From NCBI GenBank assembly GCA_013152715.1, contig JAADFU010000075.1, positions 1,804-65,803 on the forward strand: a stretch of DNA of 64,000 bases. The letters run 5' to 3'. The notes under the pieces are model-generated. The model was not told where the DNA came from. It did no database searches and saw nothing but the letters and a program-made list of their open reading frames with translations. This document shows positions 18,258 through 28,416 of the stretch, piece after piece. Source of the DNA: Calditrichota bacterium (GTDB lineage Bacteria; Zhuqueibacterota; Zhuqueibacteria; Thermofontimicrobiales; Thermofontimicrobiaceae). Numbering within the stretch: position 1 is the stretch's first letter; every line of letters starts with the position of its first letter. A program made the translations under genes and the position numbers.

Positions 18258-19640
18258 ATGTCAAAGCGGCGAACTTCCTTCAAGGAATTAAACAAGTATC
18301 GATGGTTTCTTTGTTTTTTCTGGCTGTTAACCATTGTATTGCTCATCATAGCGAACATGATTCAAATTCATCAGTCGATTTACGAAATGGCTCGCAATGA
18401 AGCGCGCGGATCTTTTCAGCGCGACATCGCTTATCGACTCTGGAATGCACAGAATGGGGGAGTCTATGCGCCCGTGAACAAAATGACCCCACCGAACCCC
18501 TATCTGAAAAACATCAAGGAACGTGATATTGTTACGCCCGATGGACGACATTTGACGCTAATAAATCCGGCTTACATGACGCGTCAAGTACACGAACTTG
18601 CCAGAAAACATTTTGGCATTATATCACACATAACCAGCCTAAAACCAATTCGTCCGGCAAACAAAGCTGATGCCTGGGAAACAGAGGCACTGAAAAAATT
18701 TGAAATGGGTAAAGATGAAGTGTTTTCAACAGAAAAAATTGGAGATGGCGAGTATGTTCGGCTAATGCGTCCACTGAAAACAGAACAAGCTTGTCTACAG
18801 TGTCACGCTGCACAAGGTTATAAAGTGGGCGATATACGCGGCGGTATTAGCATCGCCATTTCGACCGATCCACTAAAAGCCATTGCTCGGAAACAAGTTT
18901 TCCAAATGGTTGGCGAGTATGCAATTTTGTGGCTTATTGGTATCGGTGGGATCATATTTGGAACGAATCAGCTTAAAAAAAGCGGAATCAAAAGAGATAA
19001 TATAGAAACCGATTTAAGACGCACGTTAAAACAAAAAGAAACACTCATGCGGGAAATGCATCATCGTGTAAAAAACAATTTGGCCATTGTCTCCGCGCTA
19101 CTCAGCATTCAATCAAGGCGAATTTCTGATCCTAATACAAAAAAGATATTCAATGAAAGCCAAAGTCAAATACAGACAATTGCCAAATTGCACGAGTTTT
19201 TTTACCGATCTAACGCTGTCGAACTTGTTGACATGAAAAAATATTTGCAAAATGTCATTGATAATTTGAATAATTTTTTTGAGATTGATTTCAAAAAAAT
19301 AAAAGTTTCCACCGATATTGATCCCATCGAAGTGAATTCCAAATGTGCCACTTACTGCGGGCTCATTTTGAACGAGCTTTTCACAAATGCCTTCAAATAT
19401 GGGAGAAATGCAAATGACGAAGGAGAAATTCAAATAAAATTCAAAAAACAAAGTGAAACGGGAGAAATCTTACTGGCAGTACATAATTCCGGAAAATCCC
19501 TCCCGGAAAATTTTGACCTTTCCGAATTAAATTCAATGGGATTACAGTTAGTTACTATGCTTGCCAATCAACTTGAAGGAAAATTATCAATTTTCCGTGA
19601 AAACGGTACGACTTTCCAAGTGCAATTTAGTAATTCATAG
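18258..19640 (+). CDS. sensor histidine kinase with periplasmic DUF3365 (Tll0287-like, c-type heme CxxCH) sensor, HisKA_2 and HATPase domains
   Basis: N-terminal TM helix. DUF3365-like segment with PVNKMTPPNPYL...INPAYMTRQV...LKTEQACLQCHAAQGY (CLQCH heme-c motif). Second TM helix. H-box MREMHHRVKNNLAIVSALL. ATPase N/G boxes (LNELFTNAFKYG..., MGLQLV). Confidence 0.85.
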   Translation: MSKRRTSFKELNKYRWFLCFFWLLTIVLLIIANMIQIHQSIYEMARNEARGSFQRDIAYRLWNAQNGGVYAPVNKMTPPNPYLKNIKERDIVTPDGRHLTLINPAYMTRQVHELARKHFGIISHITSLKPIRPANKADAWETEALKKFEMGKDEVFSTEKIGDGEYVRLMRPLKTEQACLQCHAAQGYKVGDIRGGISIAISTDPLKAIARKQVFQMVGEYAILWLIGIGGIIFGTNQLKKSGIKRDNIETDLRRTLKQKETLMREMHHRVKNNLAIVSALLSIQSRRISDPNTKKIFNESQSQIQTIAKLHEFFYRSNAVELVDMKKYLQNVIDNLNNFFEIDFKKIKVSTDIDPIEVNSKCATYCGLILNELFTNAFKYGRNANDEGEIQIKFKKQSETGEILLAVHNSGKSLPENFDLSELNSMGLQLVTMLANQLEGKLSIFRENGTTFQVQFSNS

Positions 19641-19710
19641 GATAGAAAATAAACGTGTCTTAAAATCATTGGCTTCAGCAAAAAAATTCTCTTTTGCAGG
19701 CGATTTGTAG

Positions 19711-22700
19711 CTACAGCACAAATCGTACAAGAAAACCTGTCCCCTTTTTGTCCAACAACCTGATTTTGCCTTCGATCTGATCTGCCAGTTGACGGATTAA
19801 TGCCATGCCCAGCGAATCGCTCGTTTGAAAATCTATTTCCGGCGCCAGACCAACGCCGTCGTCCATGACTGTCAGTTCACAATGACCTTCCTTGATTTCT
19901 TTGAAAGCAATAAAAATCTTTCCTCGCCGATCATCGGGAAAAGCATATTTCATGGCGTTGGTAATTAACTCATTGAGCAGCAATCCCAGCGGCACCGCCT
20001 TTTCAATGTTCAGAAAAATCGGCTCCAGATCCATTTCCAGTTTCACACGGCGGCTGATGTCGTAATTGAAATAGACATGCCGCGCGATGGTGCTGATAAA
20101 TTCTTTGAAATCCACCTCGGAAAGACTTTTCGACTGATAAAGTTTCTGGTGCACCATTGCCATGGAATAGACGCGATTAATGCTGTCCTTGAACGCCTCA
20201 ATCGCTTCTTTGTCAGAAATGCGGCGCGACTGCAAGCCGAGCAGGCTGGTGACGACCATGAGATTATTTTTCACGCGATGGTGGATTTCTTTAATCAATG
20301 TCTCTTTTTCTCGTAAGTCTTTTTTGATTTGTTCTTCCGCGCGTTTTTTATCGGTGATGTCACGGATAAGGACCTGAATCGCAGGCTTATTTTCAAAAGT
20401 AACGGGAAAACCTCTGACTTCGACATCGATCACCGAACCGTCTAATCTCAAAAATTTCTCATCCATTACAGGAAAAGCCTTTCCGGTTTGCATCGCTTCA
20501 GCTATTCTCTTAACAACATCTCTGCGGAAATCAGGGTGAACAAACTCAATTGCAGGCTTTCCAATCAACTCACCAATTGTGGATGCACCTATTAGGTCAA
20601 CGCTTGCTTTATTGGCAAAAACAATTTTGCCTTCACAATGAATAACAATTGCGTCCGGCAAATCTTCTACCAGTTTGCGGTATTTTTCTTCGCTTTCCAT
20701 TAGCGCTTTCACGGCACGCTTACGTTCGGTAATGTCGCGCAGAATTCCCTGAGTGGCAACGCCTTCTTTGTACTTGATGTACGAGACAGAAGCTTCCAGG
20801 TCAATTTTTTCTCCATTTTTTGCAATGGCAGTAAATTCATATTTGGGGCTAAGTGGTTCGCCTGCGACAAAGCGCTTCATTCTTTCTTCCACAACGGGCC
20901 GGCTCTCGGGAGCCACCAGATCCATAAAATCAAAGTCAGGGCTATTCGCATCTTCCAGAGCCACGCCGAACATCTCAGTAAATTTGTCGTTAATCACTTC
21001 AAACTTTCGGTCGTGCAGCAAATAAATGGCATCGTTGGAGCCCTGAATCAAGTGACGATATTTTTCCTCGCTCTCTTTGAGCGCCTTTTCAGCGGCTTTT
21101 CTTTCCGTAACATCTCGCACGATCGCCTGAATGTGTTTCTTTCCTTTCAATTCGATCAAGGCAAGAGTAACTTCGGCATTGAAAACAGTCTTGTCGCATC
21201 TACAATGGAGCCATTCAAAAGAAGGCGATTTGCCTTTCAGCGCCAGGTTTATCTTTTCTAATGCTGCTTCTTTTGAGTTTCTTCCGTCTGCTTGTTCCGG
21301 CGGGGAGAAATCAGAAGGCGTTTTGCCAATAATCTGCTCGCGTGTGCAGCCAAAAATTTCCAGGGTTTTGCGGTTGCAATCAACGAAAACATTGTCTTTC
21401 ATCAGAAAAATAGCGTCATTCGCTTCTTCAAAAAGCAGCCGAAATTTATTCTCATTTTCCCGCAACTGTTGTCCAATCAAACGTTGTTCAGTGATGTCTT
21501 TCAAAATGTAAACAAAACCAATCAGCTTTCCTTCATCGTCTTTTACCGGATCAACAATAATTTCGTACCAGCGGTCCCCGAAAGTAATCTGTTTCGTTTC
21601 TCTTTGCTTCGATTTTTTCGCTTTTTTCAAAGGGCAATCTTTAGCTGTTTGATCAATTGAAAAAATTGTTTCAGCGACTGATTTGCCAATAATATCAGTG
21701 AACGTTCTGCCGGCGAGTTTTGCCAGGGATTTATTGCAGCGAATGATTTTCTCATCCAGAGCCAACAGAGCGATGGCATCGTTCATGGAATCAAAAGTAG
21801 AACGCCATTGGAAAGAAGCCTGACGCAATTTTTCTTCTGCTTGTTTCCTTGCGGAAATATCAATCGCAAATGCCACCACCACATCTCTGCCAAAATAGTT
21901 TCCCTTATTCAAGCGAACAATCTTCGGAAAAACCCGTCCATTTTTATCAAGGCCCCAAAACTCAAACTGCTGCGGCTCGCCTTGAAACGCTTTCTCGACA
22001 AAACCGGCAATCTTTGCCAGATCGTTTTTCCCCGGCGCAGACAGAAATTCCGGCGTTTTACCGATAAAATATTCCCGCGGATAGCCATACATTTTTTCAG
22101 CGCCATCGTTCACGTCAAGGAATCTTCCCTGCTCATCTTGAACATAAATGGCATCGGAAGCATTATTAAAGATACTGCGGTAGCTCAGTTCAGACTGCTC
22201 TAATGCTTTTCTTGTCAAAATGCGATCTGTAATATCTTCAATGACAACGGAAACGCCAATTTTTTCATCGCCTGCCGTGATAAACGAAGGAAGCAGCGAG
22301 ATAAAAATTTTCGTGCCATCCTGTCTTCTGATGCTCCATTCAGTACGCCGACTTTCTCCCTGAAAGAATTTTCTCACTTCGGTTGCTAATCTTGGTCTTT
22401 CAATTTTAACCAACCGCGCCAGATGAAAAAGATGCTTATGCAGAATCTCCTTTTCAGAAAATCCGATCATCTGCAAAAATTTTTGATTAACATCCTGAAT
22501 TATGCCAGCCATATTCAGGATTAAAATGCCCTCATTCGCAGCGCTGAAAAGCAGGCGGAATTTTTTCTCGCTTTCGTTCAAGGCCTGTTCCGTTTTTTTG
22601 CGATCTGTGATGTCAGTGGCAATATGAATAATTTTATCCAATCGTCCCTGGCTGTCGAACACTGGCGTGCAAGAAACCATGAACCAGGCATCGAGCGCTT

Positions 22701-23724
22701 CCATTTCCATTTCCACGGCTTCCATTCTGCCCGATTTTAGCAATTTTTCCAGGGGACAGCCTTCAGGCGGTTCAGCCGCATTTTCATGAAAAATTTCAAA
22801 ACAATATTTTCCGATAATCTCTTCCGTTGACATACCTGTCGCACGAAGAGCGGCATTGTTCACAGCGCTTACTCTGTGGTCCGGTTCCAGAATAATGGTG
22901 GGATGACCAATGGCGTGAAAAATGCTCTCCCAATCATGAATCGCTCGATTTAAATCATGTTCGCGCTTTATTTTTTCACTGATGTCCTGAAAAACAAACA
23001 CACACCTATCGTGTTTTTTTGTGCAAGGCGCTGCGCTGGCTGAAATGGGGATTTTTGTCCCGTCTTTGCGAATGAGCATTGGGCTTTGCACGAGGCTGAC
23101 GATGACGCCTTCTGTTAAAGCGCGAGAAACCGGCTCCGGCGCTGATTCTCCTGTCTTCTCATCAATGACCCGGAACACTTTCGCGTAATTTAGACGCAGC
23201 GCCTCCTCTCTTTTCCAGCCGGTCACTTTTTCTGCCGCCGCATTAAAAAAAACAATTTCGCCGCTCTTCTTCGCCACAATGACCGCTTCGCTGATCCCTT
23301 CCAATTTTGACTGTTGCCAATCGCTGCCTTTTTTGAGAGATTTTCTCACCTTCTGCAACTGAAGCATTGCTTCCAGTTGTGTTAAAAATGTTTTTTTCTC
23401 AAAAGGACGCACTGCGTAGCCGTCAGCGCCGCGCGATAGCCCCTGCGCTTGTTTTTTTGCTGAAATTCTTTTGTCAGCAACCAGCACTACCAAACTGCCT
23501 GCCAATCTGGCATCTGCTTTAATTCGCTGACAAATTTCCAGCGGATCAAGATCGGAGAGATTCATGTCCAGTAAGATTAAATAAGGCTGATTTTCTTTGG
23601 CGAGTTCCAAACATTTTCGTCCACTCTTCGCTGTGAGCACCTCGAACCCACCGGATTTGACCATGCCGGCTGTCGCCAGCAAAGCTTTAGCATCTTTGTC
23701 AGCAATGAGAATTTTCGGCGCCAT
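19711..23724 (-). CDS. hybrid signalling protein: N-terminal receiver (REC), eight PAS domains, HisKA_2/HATPase histidine kinase
   Basis: REC domain (KILIADKD...YLILLDMNLSDLDPLEI...). Eight PAS units, each closed by a D(I/V)(T/S)(D/E)RK-like junction (FQDISEKIK, ATDITDRKK, IEDITDRIL, AIDISARKQ, LKDITEQRL, VRDVTERKA, LRDITERKR, IRDITDKKR). H-box KEIHHRVKNNLMVVTSLL. ATPase boxes (LNELITNAMKYAF, DDGVGL, LGMALIRQL). ATG 23724 is preferred over the track's GTG at 23745. Confidence 0.88.
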   Translation of the reverse strand: MAPKILIADKDAKALLATAGMVKSGGFEVLTAKSGRKCLELAKENQPYLILLDMNLSDLDPLEICQRIKADARLAGSLVVLVADKRISAKKQAQGLSRGADGYAVRPFEKKTFLTQLEAMLQLQKVRKSLKKGSDWQQSKLEGISEAVIVAKKSGEIVFFNAAAEKVTGWKREEALRLNYAKVFRVIDEKTGESAPEPVSRALTEGVIVSLVQSPMLIRKDGTKIPISASAAPCTKKHDRCVFVFQDISEKIKREHDLNRAIHDWESIFHAIGHPTIILEPDHRVSAVNNAALRATGMSTEEIIGKYCFEIFHENAAEPPEGCPLEKLLKSGRMEAVEMEMEALDAWFMVSCTPVFDSQGRLDKIIHIATDITDRKKTEQALNESEKKFRLLFSAANEGILILNMAGIIQDVNQKFLQMIGFSEKEILHKHLFHLARLVKIERPRLATEVRKFFQGESRRTEWSIRRQDGTKIFISLLPSFITAGDEKIGVSVVIEDITDRILTRKALEQSELSYRSIFNNASDAIYVQDEQGRFLDVNDGAEKMYGYPREYFIGKTPEFLSAPGKNDLAKIAGFVEKAFQGEPQQFEFWGLDKNGRVFPKIVRLNKGNYFGRDVVVAFAIDISARKQAEEKLRQASFQWRSTFDSMNDAIALLALDEKIIRCNKSLAKLAGRTFTDIIGKSVAETIFSIDQTAKDCPLKKAKKSKQRETKQITFGDRWYEIIVDPVKDDEGKLIGFVYILKDITEQRLIGQQLRENENKFRLLFEEANDAIFLMKDNVFVDCNRKTLEIFGCTREQIIGKTPSDFSPPEQADGRNSKEAALEKINLALKGKSPSFEWLHCRCDKTVFNAEVTLALIELKGKKHIQAIVRDVTERKAAEKALKESEEKYRHLIQGSNDAIYLLHDRKFEVINDKFTEMFGVALEDANSPDFDFMDLVAPESRPVVEERMKRFVAGEPLSPKYEFTAIAKNGEKIDLEASVSYIKYKEGVATQGILRDITERKRAVKALMESEEKYRKLVEDLPDAIVIHCEGKIVFANKASVDLIGASTIGELIGKPAIEFVHPDFRRDVVKRIAEAMQTGKAFPVMDEKFLRLDGSVIDVEVRGFPVTFENKPAIQVLIRDITDKKRAEEQIKKDLREKETLIKEIHHRVKNNLMVVTSLLGLQSRRISDKEAIEAFKDSINRVYSMAMVHQKLYQSKSLSEVDFKEFISTIARHVYFNYDISRRVKLEMDLEPIFLNIEKAVPLGLLLNELITNAMKYAFPDDRRGKIFIAFKEIKEGHCELTVMDDGVGLAPEIDFQTSDSLGMALIRQLADQIEGKIRLLDKKGTGFLVRFVL

Positions 23725-23750
23725 TTTTATTCCCCAAAGGACCACTTACT

Positions 23751-23777
23751 TATTTTCAAAACGCGGATGTTCCGCGT
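23751..23777 (-). terminator. possible intrinsic terminator after the mla/ppiC operon
   Basis: The minus strand reads ACGCGGA-aca-TCCGCGT followed by TTTTGAAAATA. The stem is 7 bp and GC-rich, but the U-tract is short, and the structure lies only about 27 nt upstream of the hybrid kinase ATG. Confidence 0.3.
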
Positions 23778-24016
23778 CACTGCCGCGACTTCGCGCTTTG
23801 GTTTTTCATTAACTTGAAAATAAAAATAGATTACAACCGTGAACGACCAGTTGAAAATTTTTGTGTCGAGAATTGAGAAAAAATAATAAAAGTTTGACAA
23901 CTTGATTCCGTTACCGATTTGAATTTTAGGCGTTCGCTTTGTAAAATCAGGAAATTAGCGTTTTAAATTTAGCTTTAACCGATCATTCGCACGACAAGAT
24001 TGCAGCCACATCTTTG

Positions 24017-25771
24017 TCAACTTCCCACCCTGATCATTTCCACGACATTGCCGTCTTCCTGTTTGCCGAACTTTCTCAATTCATTCTCAAAAATTTTCAC
24101 CGGGTATTTTTTCTCTGTCTCCGCACAAATTTTTGCAATGGCTTTTCGCATCAACTCGTTCTTGGTGTCGGTTTTCACCAAATCTTCCACATCGGAGAAT
24201 GACAGCGGCTGCGGCGGAATTCGTTCGATGAGTTGCAGTAAAAAATAATTCTCGTTCAGGAAAAATGGCGCCGTAACCTGTCCCAATTGCAAATTACCTA
24301 CTCGCGCCGCAATTTGCGGATGATCCGGCGCCGCCCAAAGTCCCAGGTCTCCTCCTTTTTCCGCCGTATTTTTGCGCAGCGAGTACTTTTTTGCCAGCGC
24401 GGCAAAATCTTCACCGGTTAAGATTTTCGCGTAGATTCGCTGCGCCAATGCCGAATCCGAGACCGCTATTTCGCGCAAGTGAAGCTTTTCCGGCGAAGAA
24501 TATTTTTCCCGATGGGATTGGTAATAATTTTGAAAATCCTGCGGCGAAGGCTGAATATTGTCCACAATGTCCGCTCTGACAAGTTTGGCAATCAAGCGGT
24601 TTTTTTGCTTGCGAATTTGTCGTCGGACTTCGGGAATTTGATCCACCTCGGCAGCCAGCGCCTCTTTCAGTAAAAATTCATTGCGCACCATTACCGCCAA
24701 TTTTTCAGCGATGTCCAGATGGGAAGTCAGATCAGGCCTGTCCTGCGGCAGCGATTCTGCTATTTTTTGAAAAAAAGTTTCCACGTCCCAACTGCCGCCG
24801 GCAAATTCGACAACCGTGTCGTGCAAATGATTTTCCACGTCTTTCTGCACCGACTGAATTTCTTCGTCCGTCAATACGGGAAATTTGTTCGGCAGCAGTG
24901 CGTCAGTCCGTTTTTTGATTTTTCGCGCCGCCCGCACGAGAAAATTCACCGCATCGGCTTTGACAATGACATGTTTGTCTTTCATCAGATTTTTGACATA
25001 TTCGTTCGCCAACGCCGTTTCTTTCCGTTCGCGAATGACGCGCGCGATGCGATGTTTTTGTGCTTGAAATTCACTCTCCGGTAAAATTGGCGAGACCACT
25101 TTGTCTTCGACTTTAATGATGTGAAAGCCCCAGCGGGTTTTCACTGGCTGGGAAATCTCGCCCACGCGCAGTCTGTACGCTGCGTTCTCAAAATTTTCGT
25201 CCATGTCGCCGAAAGAAAAATAGCCCAGATCGCCGCCATTTTTCGCCAGCGTCGTATCGCGGAAAAGATTGTGACTGAGCTGCTGAAACGAATAGCCTTT
25301 TTTCAGCAGAGACAACAGCGAATCCGCCTGCTGCTTTGTTTTCACAAATAAATGCCGGGCGCGGATTTTTGTTTTCGATTTGAGGTAACCATCGCGCAAT
25401 TCAGATTCGGAAATCATCACTTGATCCGCGACTTTTTGTCGGTAGAGTTCTTTGATGAGCGCATCTTTTTCAATGGCTTTCAATTGGTGGGAAATTCGCG
25501 GATCGCTGGCGTAGCCATTCTCCAGACCGTACAGCGCCAGCAGCCGATTCTCAATCATGCGCTGCAAAAATCTTTTTCTATCATCGTACGTTCTGGGTCG
25601 CGCGCCGGGCTTTGCCTGTAGCTCGAAATTTAGAATAAAATCTTCGCTACCAATGGTCTCGTCGCCCACGCGCGCCAAAATGCCGGAGTCGTTTTTTTTG
25701 CCGCAAAATGAGAACAGAACAACGAAAATGAGAAAGAAGATAAAATAATTTTGTCGGAATTTGTCTTTCAT
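24017..25771 (-). CDS. PpiC/parvulin-type peptidyl-prolyl isomerase, SurA/PpiD-like envelope chaperone (second paralogue)
   Basis: Lipoprotein-like leader (FVVLFSFCGKKN). Rotamase core RHLFVKTKQQADSLLSLLKKGYSFQQLS...GGDLGYFSFGDMDENFENAAYRLRVGEISQPVKTRWGFHIIKVEDK. Same architecture as 2565-4271. Confidence 0.8.
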   Translation of the reverse strand: MKDKFRQNYFIFFLIFVVLFSFCGKKNDSGILARVGDETIGSEDFILNFELQAKPGARPRTYDDRKRFLQRMIENRLLALYGLENGYASDPRISHQLKAIEKDALIKELYRQKVADQVMISESELRDGYLKSKTKIRARHLFVKTKQQADSLLSLLKKGYSFQQLSHNLFRDTTLAKNGGDLGYFSFGDMDENFENAAYRLRVGEISQPVKTRWGFHIIKVEDKVVSPILPESEFQAQKHRIARVIRERKETALANEYVKNLMKDKHVIVKADAVNFLVRAARKIKKRTDALLPNKFPVLTDEEIQSVQKDVENHLHDTVVEFAGGSWDVETFFQKIAESLPQDRPDLTSHLDIAEKLAVMVRNEFLLKEALAAEVDQIPEVRRQIRKQKNRLIAKLVRADIVDNIQPSPQDFQNYYQSHREKYSSPEKLHLREIAVSDSALAQRIYAKILTGEDFAALAKKYSLRKNTAEKGGDLGLWAAPDHPQIAARVGNLQLGQVTAPFFLNENYFLLQLIERIPPQPLSFSDVEDLVKTDTKNELMRKAIAKICAETEKKYPVKIFENELRKFGKQEDGNVVEMIRVGS

Positions 25772-25784
25772 TCACTGAGTTTAA

Positions 25785-26387
25785 TTATTTTTGGCTAAAA
25801 AACTGATCCAGTTCTTTGATTAATTCATACACACAAGCCTGCGCGCTGGCATTAATGCTTTTGACGATTTCCAGCGGCGCTTTTTTGTTCACCACCGTTT
25901 TTTTGTCGAAAGTTTTTTGCCAGAGCAACTTTCTGTTCGCATCCGAAAGGGCAAATGCCACTTTCACGCGCCCAAACCATTGTGCGCCCTCATCCACTTC
26001 TTCGATGGCTTCGATTTCACCGGACAAGCGATAATCTGATTTGTTATAATTGTAGCCATTTATCACTTGCTGAAACAAATTGGCAGCGCGCAACTGCTCG
26101 ACTAATTTATCGGTGAATAATTCCGCCGGAGAAGCGGCCCAGCGCTGGTAGTGATAACGTTTGCCTTCGTACAAATTCTCCCGATAAACAATGCGATCTC
26201 CGGCATAAAATGGTTTGGCAGTAAATTTTGTCACTTCGAGAGAAACATCGTATTTGGGCGTCGCGCTTGCCGAAGTTTGCTGGTTTTCAAACTCCATGAA
26301 ATAAAAATGGGTATCGGGCACACTGGCGCACTGCCAAAAAATCGTCAATGTCAATAATATCAAAAAATAAACGGAAAATTTCCTCAT
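25785..26387 (-). CDS. ABC-transport auxiliary lipoprotein (PqiC/YmbA-like, DUF330-type)
   Basis: ATG 26387 with GGAG upstream. Leader MRKFSVYFLILLTLTIFWQCAS. Family-like core DRIVYRENLYEGKRYHYQRWAASPAELFTDKLVEQLRAANLF. Located directly downstream of the MCE gene. Confidence 0.65.
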   Translation of the reverse strand: MRKFSVYFLILLTLTIFWQCASVPDTHFYFMEFENQQTSASATPKYDVSLEVTKFTAKPFYAGDRIVYRENLYEGKRYHYQRWAASPAELFTDKLVEQLRAANLFQQVINGYNYNKSDYRLSGEIEAIEEVDEGAQWFGRVKVAFALSDANRKLLWQKTFDKKTVVNKKAPLEIVKSINASAQACVYELIKELDQFFSQK

Positions 26388-26567
26388 TTGTGATTCTCCA
26401 ATCATGTTTATTTCATTTCTGTCGGACGCGTATCTTTTTAAAATGCTGACGCCTTAACTCATTGAAAAACCATTAATTAGACCGTGAGACTTTTACCCCC
26501 TTGTTTTGAACGAGTATTTTTTAAAAGCGGTCGCTTTACTTCCAAAGAAAAAGACCAGTTTGAAAAT

Positions 26568-27467
26568 CTACTTTTCAAACTCCCGCGGCGCCGGCGCAGA
26601 TTTTCGAATTAAACTCCAGGGTTTTTCTTTAATCAGTTTAGTGAACTCATCCAGATTCTGCGTGGTGCGGTTCAGATTTTCCATGATATCCTGATAATTC
26701 ACATTCTGCGACGATAGCATTCCATTGAACATGGTCAGTGTGGACTGGAATTCTTTGATTGCATTTTTCGACTCTTTCAGCGTTCCTTCCAGATGAGAAA
26801 TGGAAGTGGAAATTTCATCCTGATTGTCGCCGACCATTTTGTCCAATTTGCTGCTCATGCTGTGCAAATCCGCCAGCACCAAATTCATATTTTCCATCAT
26901 CGAGGAAACGGACTGCTGGTTTTGATCGAGCAGTTGATTGAAATTCGCCAGAATTTGGTGAAATTCCTGCTGATTATCCTGGCCCAGCAACTGGTTGATG
27001 CCGTCGATGGTCTCGGACAATTGATTGGTCAGTTTGTCCACATTTTCCGTGAGCATCATCAGCGGCGTGACTTCCTTGCAATTCAGCAAACTCCCCGGCT
27101 TTGCCCGTTTGGCGTCAGGGCTGCCAGTGGAAATTTCGATGTAATATTCCCCCATGATGCCAATGGAAGTGATGAAAACTCGGGAGTCTTGTTTCACCGG
27201 CACATCTGCATTAATCTCGATGAGAAATTCTATGTAGCTGTCGTCTTCCGGTGAGATACGCATTTCTTTGATTTTGCCGACTTCCATTCCGCCGTAACGC
27301 ACCAGCGAGCCAACCTCCAGACCGCTAGTGTATTTGAAGTGCGTCAAATAGGTGTTTGTTTTTTTCAACAAATCCATTCCCGAAACGACTATCAGGAAAA
27401 AAACCAACAGCAGAATGCTGAAAACGACAAAACAACCGGCCTTTACTTCATTCGCTTTGTATTCCAT
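26568..27467 (-). CDS. mlaD: MCE-domain (MlaD-family) protein with long C-terminal helical extension
   Basis: N-terminal TM helix (AGCFVVFSILLLVFFLIVV). MCE domain (GLEVGSLVRYGGMEVGKIKEMRISPEDDSYIEFLIEINADVPVKQDSRVFITSIGIMGEYYIEI). About 160 aa of Q/N/L-rich helical repeats follow. Confidence 0.85.
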   Translation of the reverse strand: MEYKANEVKAGCFVVFSILLLVFFLIVVSGMDLLKKTNTYLTHFKYTSGLEVGSLVRYGGMEVGKIKEMRISPEDDSYIEFLIEINADVPVKQDSRVFITSIGIMGEYYIEISTGSPDAKRAKPGSLLNCKEVTPLMMLTENVDKLTNQLSETIDGINQLLGQDNQQEFHQILANFNQLLDQNQQSVSSMMENMNLVLADLHSMSSKLDKMVGDNQDEISTSISHLEGTLKESKNAIKEFQSTLTMFNGMLSSQNVNYQDIMENLNRTTQNLDEFTKLIKEKPWSLIRKSAPAPREFEK

Positions 27468-27512
27468 GGTTCCCCGTGCAGTTGAAGTTCATTCAAAAAA
27501 AAATTATTTTAT

Positions 27513-28319
27513 TTATTCATCTGTCTCGCCAATGAGCGATTTGAGATAACTGTCTTTGTCAATTTTTTCCGGATCGGGAATACGCTGAAAAAACTGCTGC
27601 ACTTTGGGATTGTCAGAATTCTTCAGTTCATCCACAGTGCCCAACGCAATAATTTTTCCGTCGTCCAAAAGCGCCACGCGATCTGCGATCAGATACACTG
27701 ATTCCAGTTCATGCGTCACGATGACGATGGTCATGTGGAACGCTTTTTTTAATTTCAAAATTAAATTGTCAATACCCACCGCAACAATGGGATCCAGTCC
27801 GGCAGAAGGCTCGTCGCAAAAGAGGATGTCTGGATCCATGGCAATAGCGCGCGCCAATGCGGCGCGTTTTTTCATTCCCCCGGACAACTGCGACGGCAAA
27901 AAATCCTCAAAACCAGCCAGGCCGACTTGATCCAGTTTCATCCGCGTCATAATCTTGATGGTCGAATCTTCCAGTTCTGTGTGCTCGCGCAACGGCAGCG
28001 CCACATTGTCGCCCACAGACATGGAATTGAATAAAGCACCGCCTTGAAATAACATGCCGATTTTGCGGCGAATCGGCAGCATTTCTTCTTCGCTGAGTGC
28101 CGTAATATCCTGTCCCTTGATCCAAATTGTCCCGGCCGTGGGTTTGGAAAGGCCAATAATGTGCCGCAGCAGCGTGCTTTTTCCGCAGCCGGAACGCCCC
28201 AAAATTGTCACCGTCTCGCCCGGGAAAATTTGCAAATTAATGCCATCCAAAACCTTCCGCGATCCGTAGTAGGTAACCAGATCCTGTATGTCAATGATGG
28301 GTTGTTTTGAATTAGTCAT
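27513..28319 (-). CDS. mlaF: ABC transporter ATP-binding protein, MlaF-like
   Basis: Walker A GRSGCGKST, signature LSGGMKKR, Walker B ILFCDEPSAGLD, H-loop VTHE. Confidence 0.9.
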   Translation of the reverse strand: MTNSKQPIIDIQDLVTYYGSRKVLDGINLQIFPGETVTILGRSGCGKSTLLRHIIGLSKPTAGTIWIKGQDITALSEEEMLPIRRKIGMLFQGGALFNSMSVGDNVALPLREHTELEDSTIKIMTRMKLDQVGLAGFEDFLPSQLSGGMKKRAALARAIAMDPDILFCDEPSAGLDPIVAVGIDNLILKLKKAFHMTIVIVTHELESVYLIADRVALLDDGKIIALGTVDELKNSDNPKVQQFFQRIPDPEKIDKDSYLKSLIGETDE

Positions 28320-28416
28320 GATGGTCCTGATTAGTCAAGAGTATCATTTTTTTTTGCTGATTAGAACTACCAGTCAGATTGTTCTGTTTAACAATATTTT
28401 GTTATCGGGTCATCTG

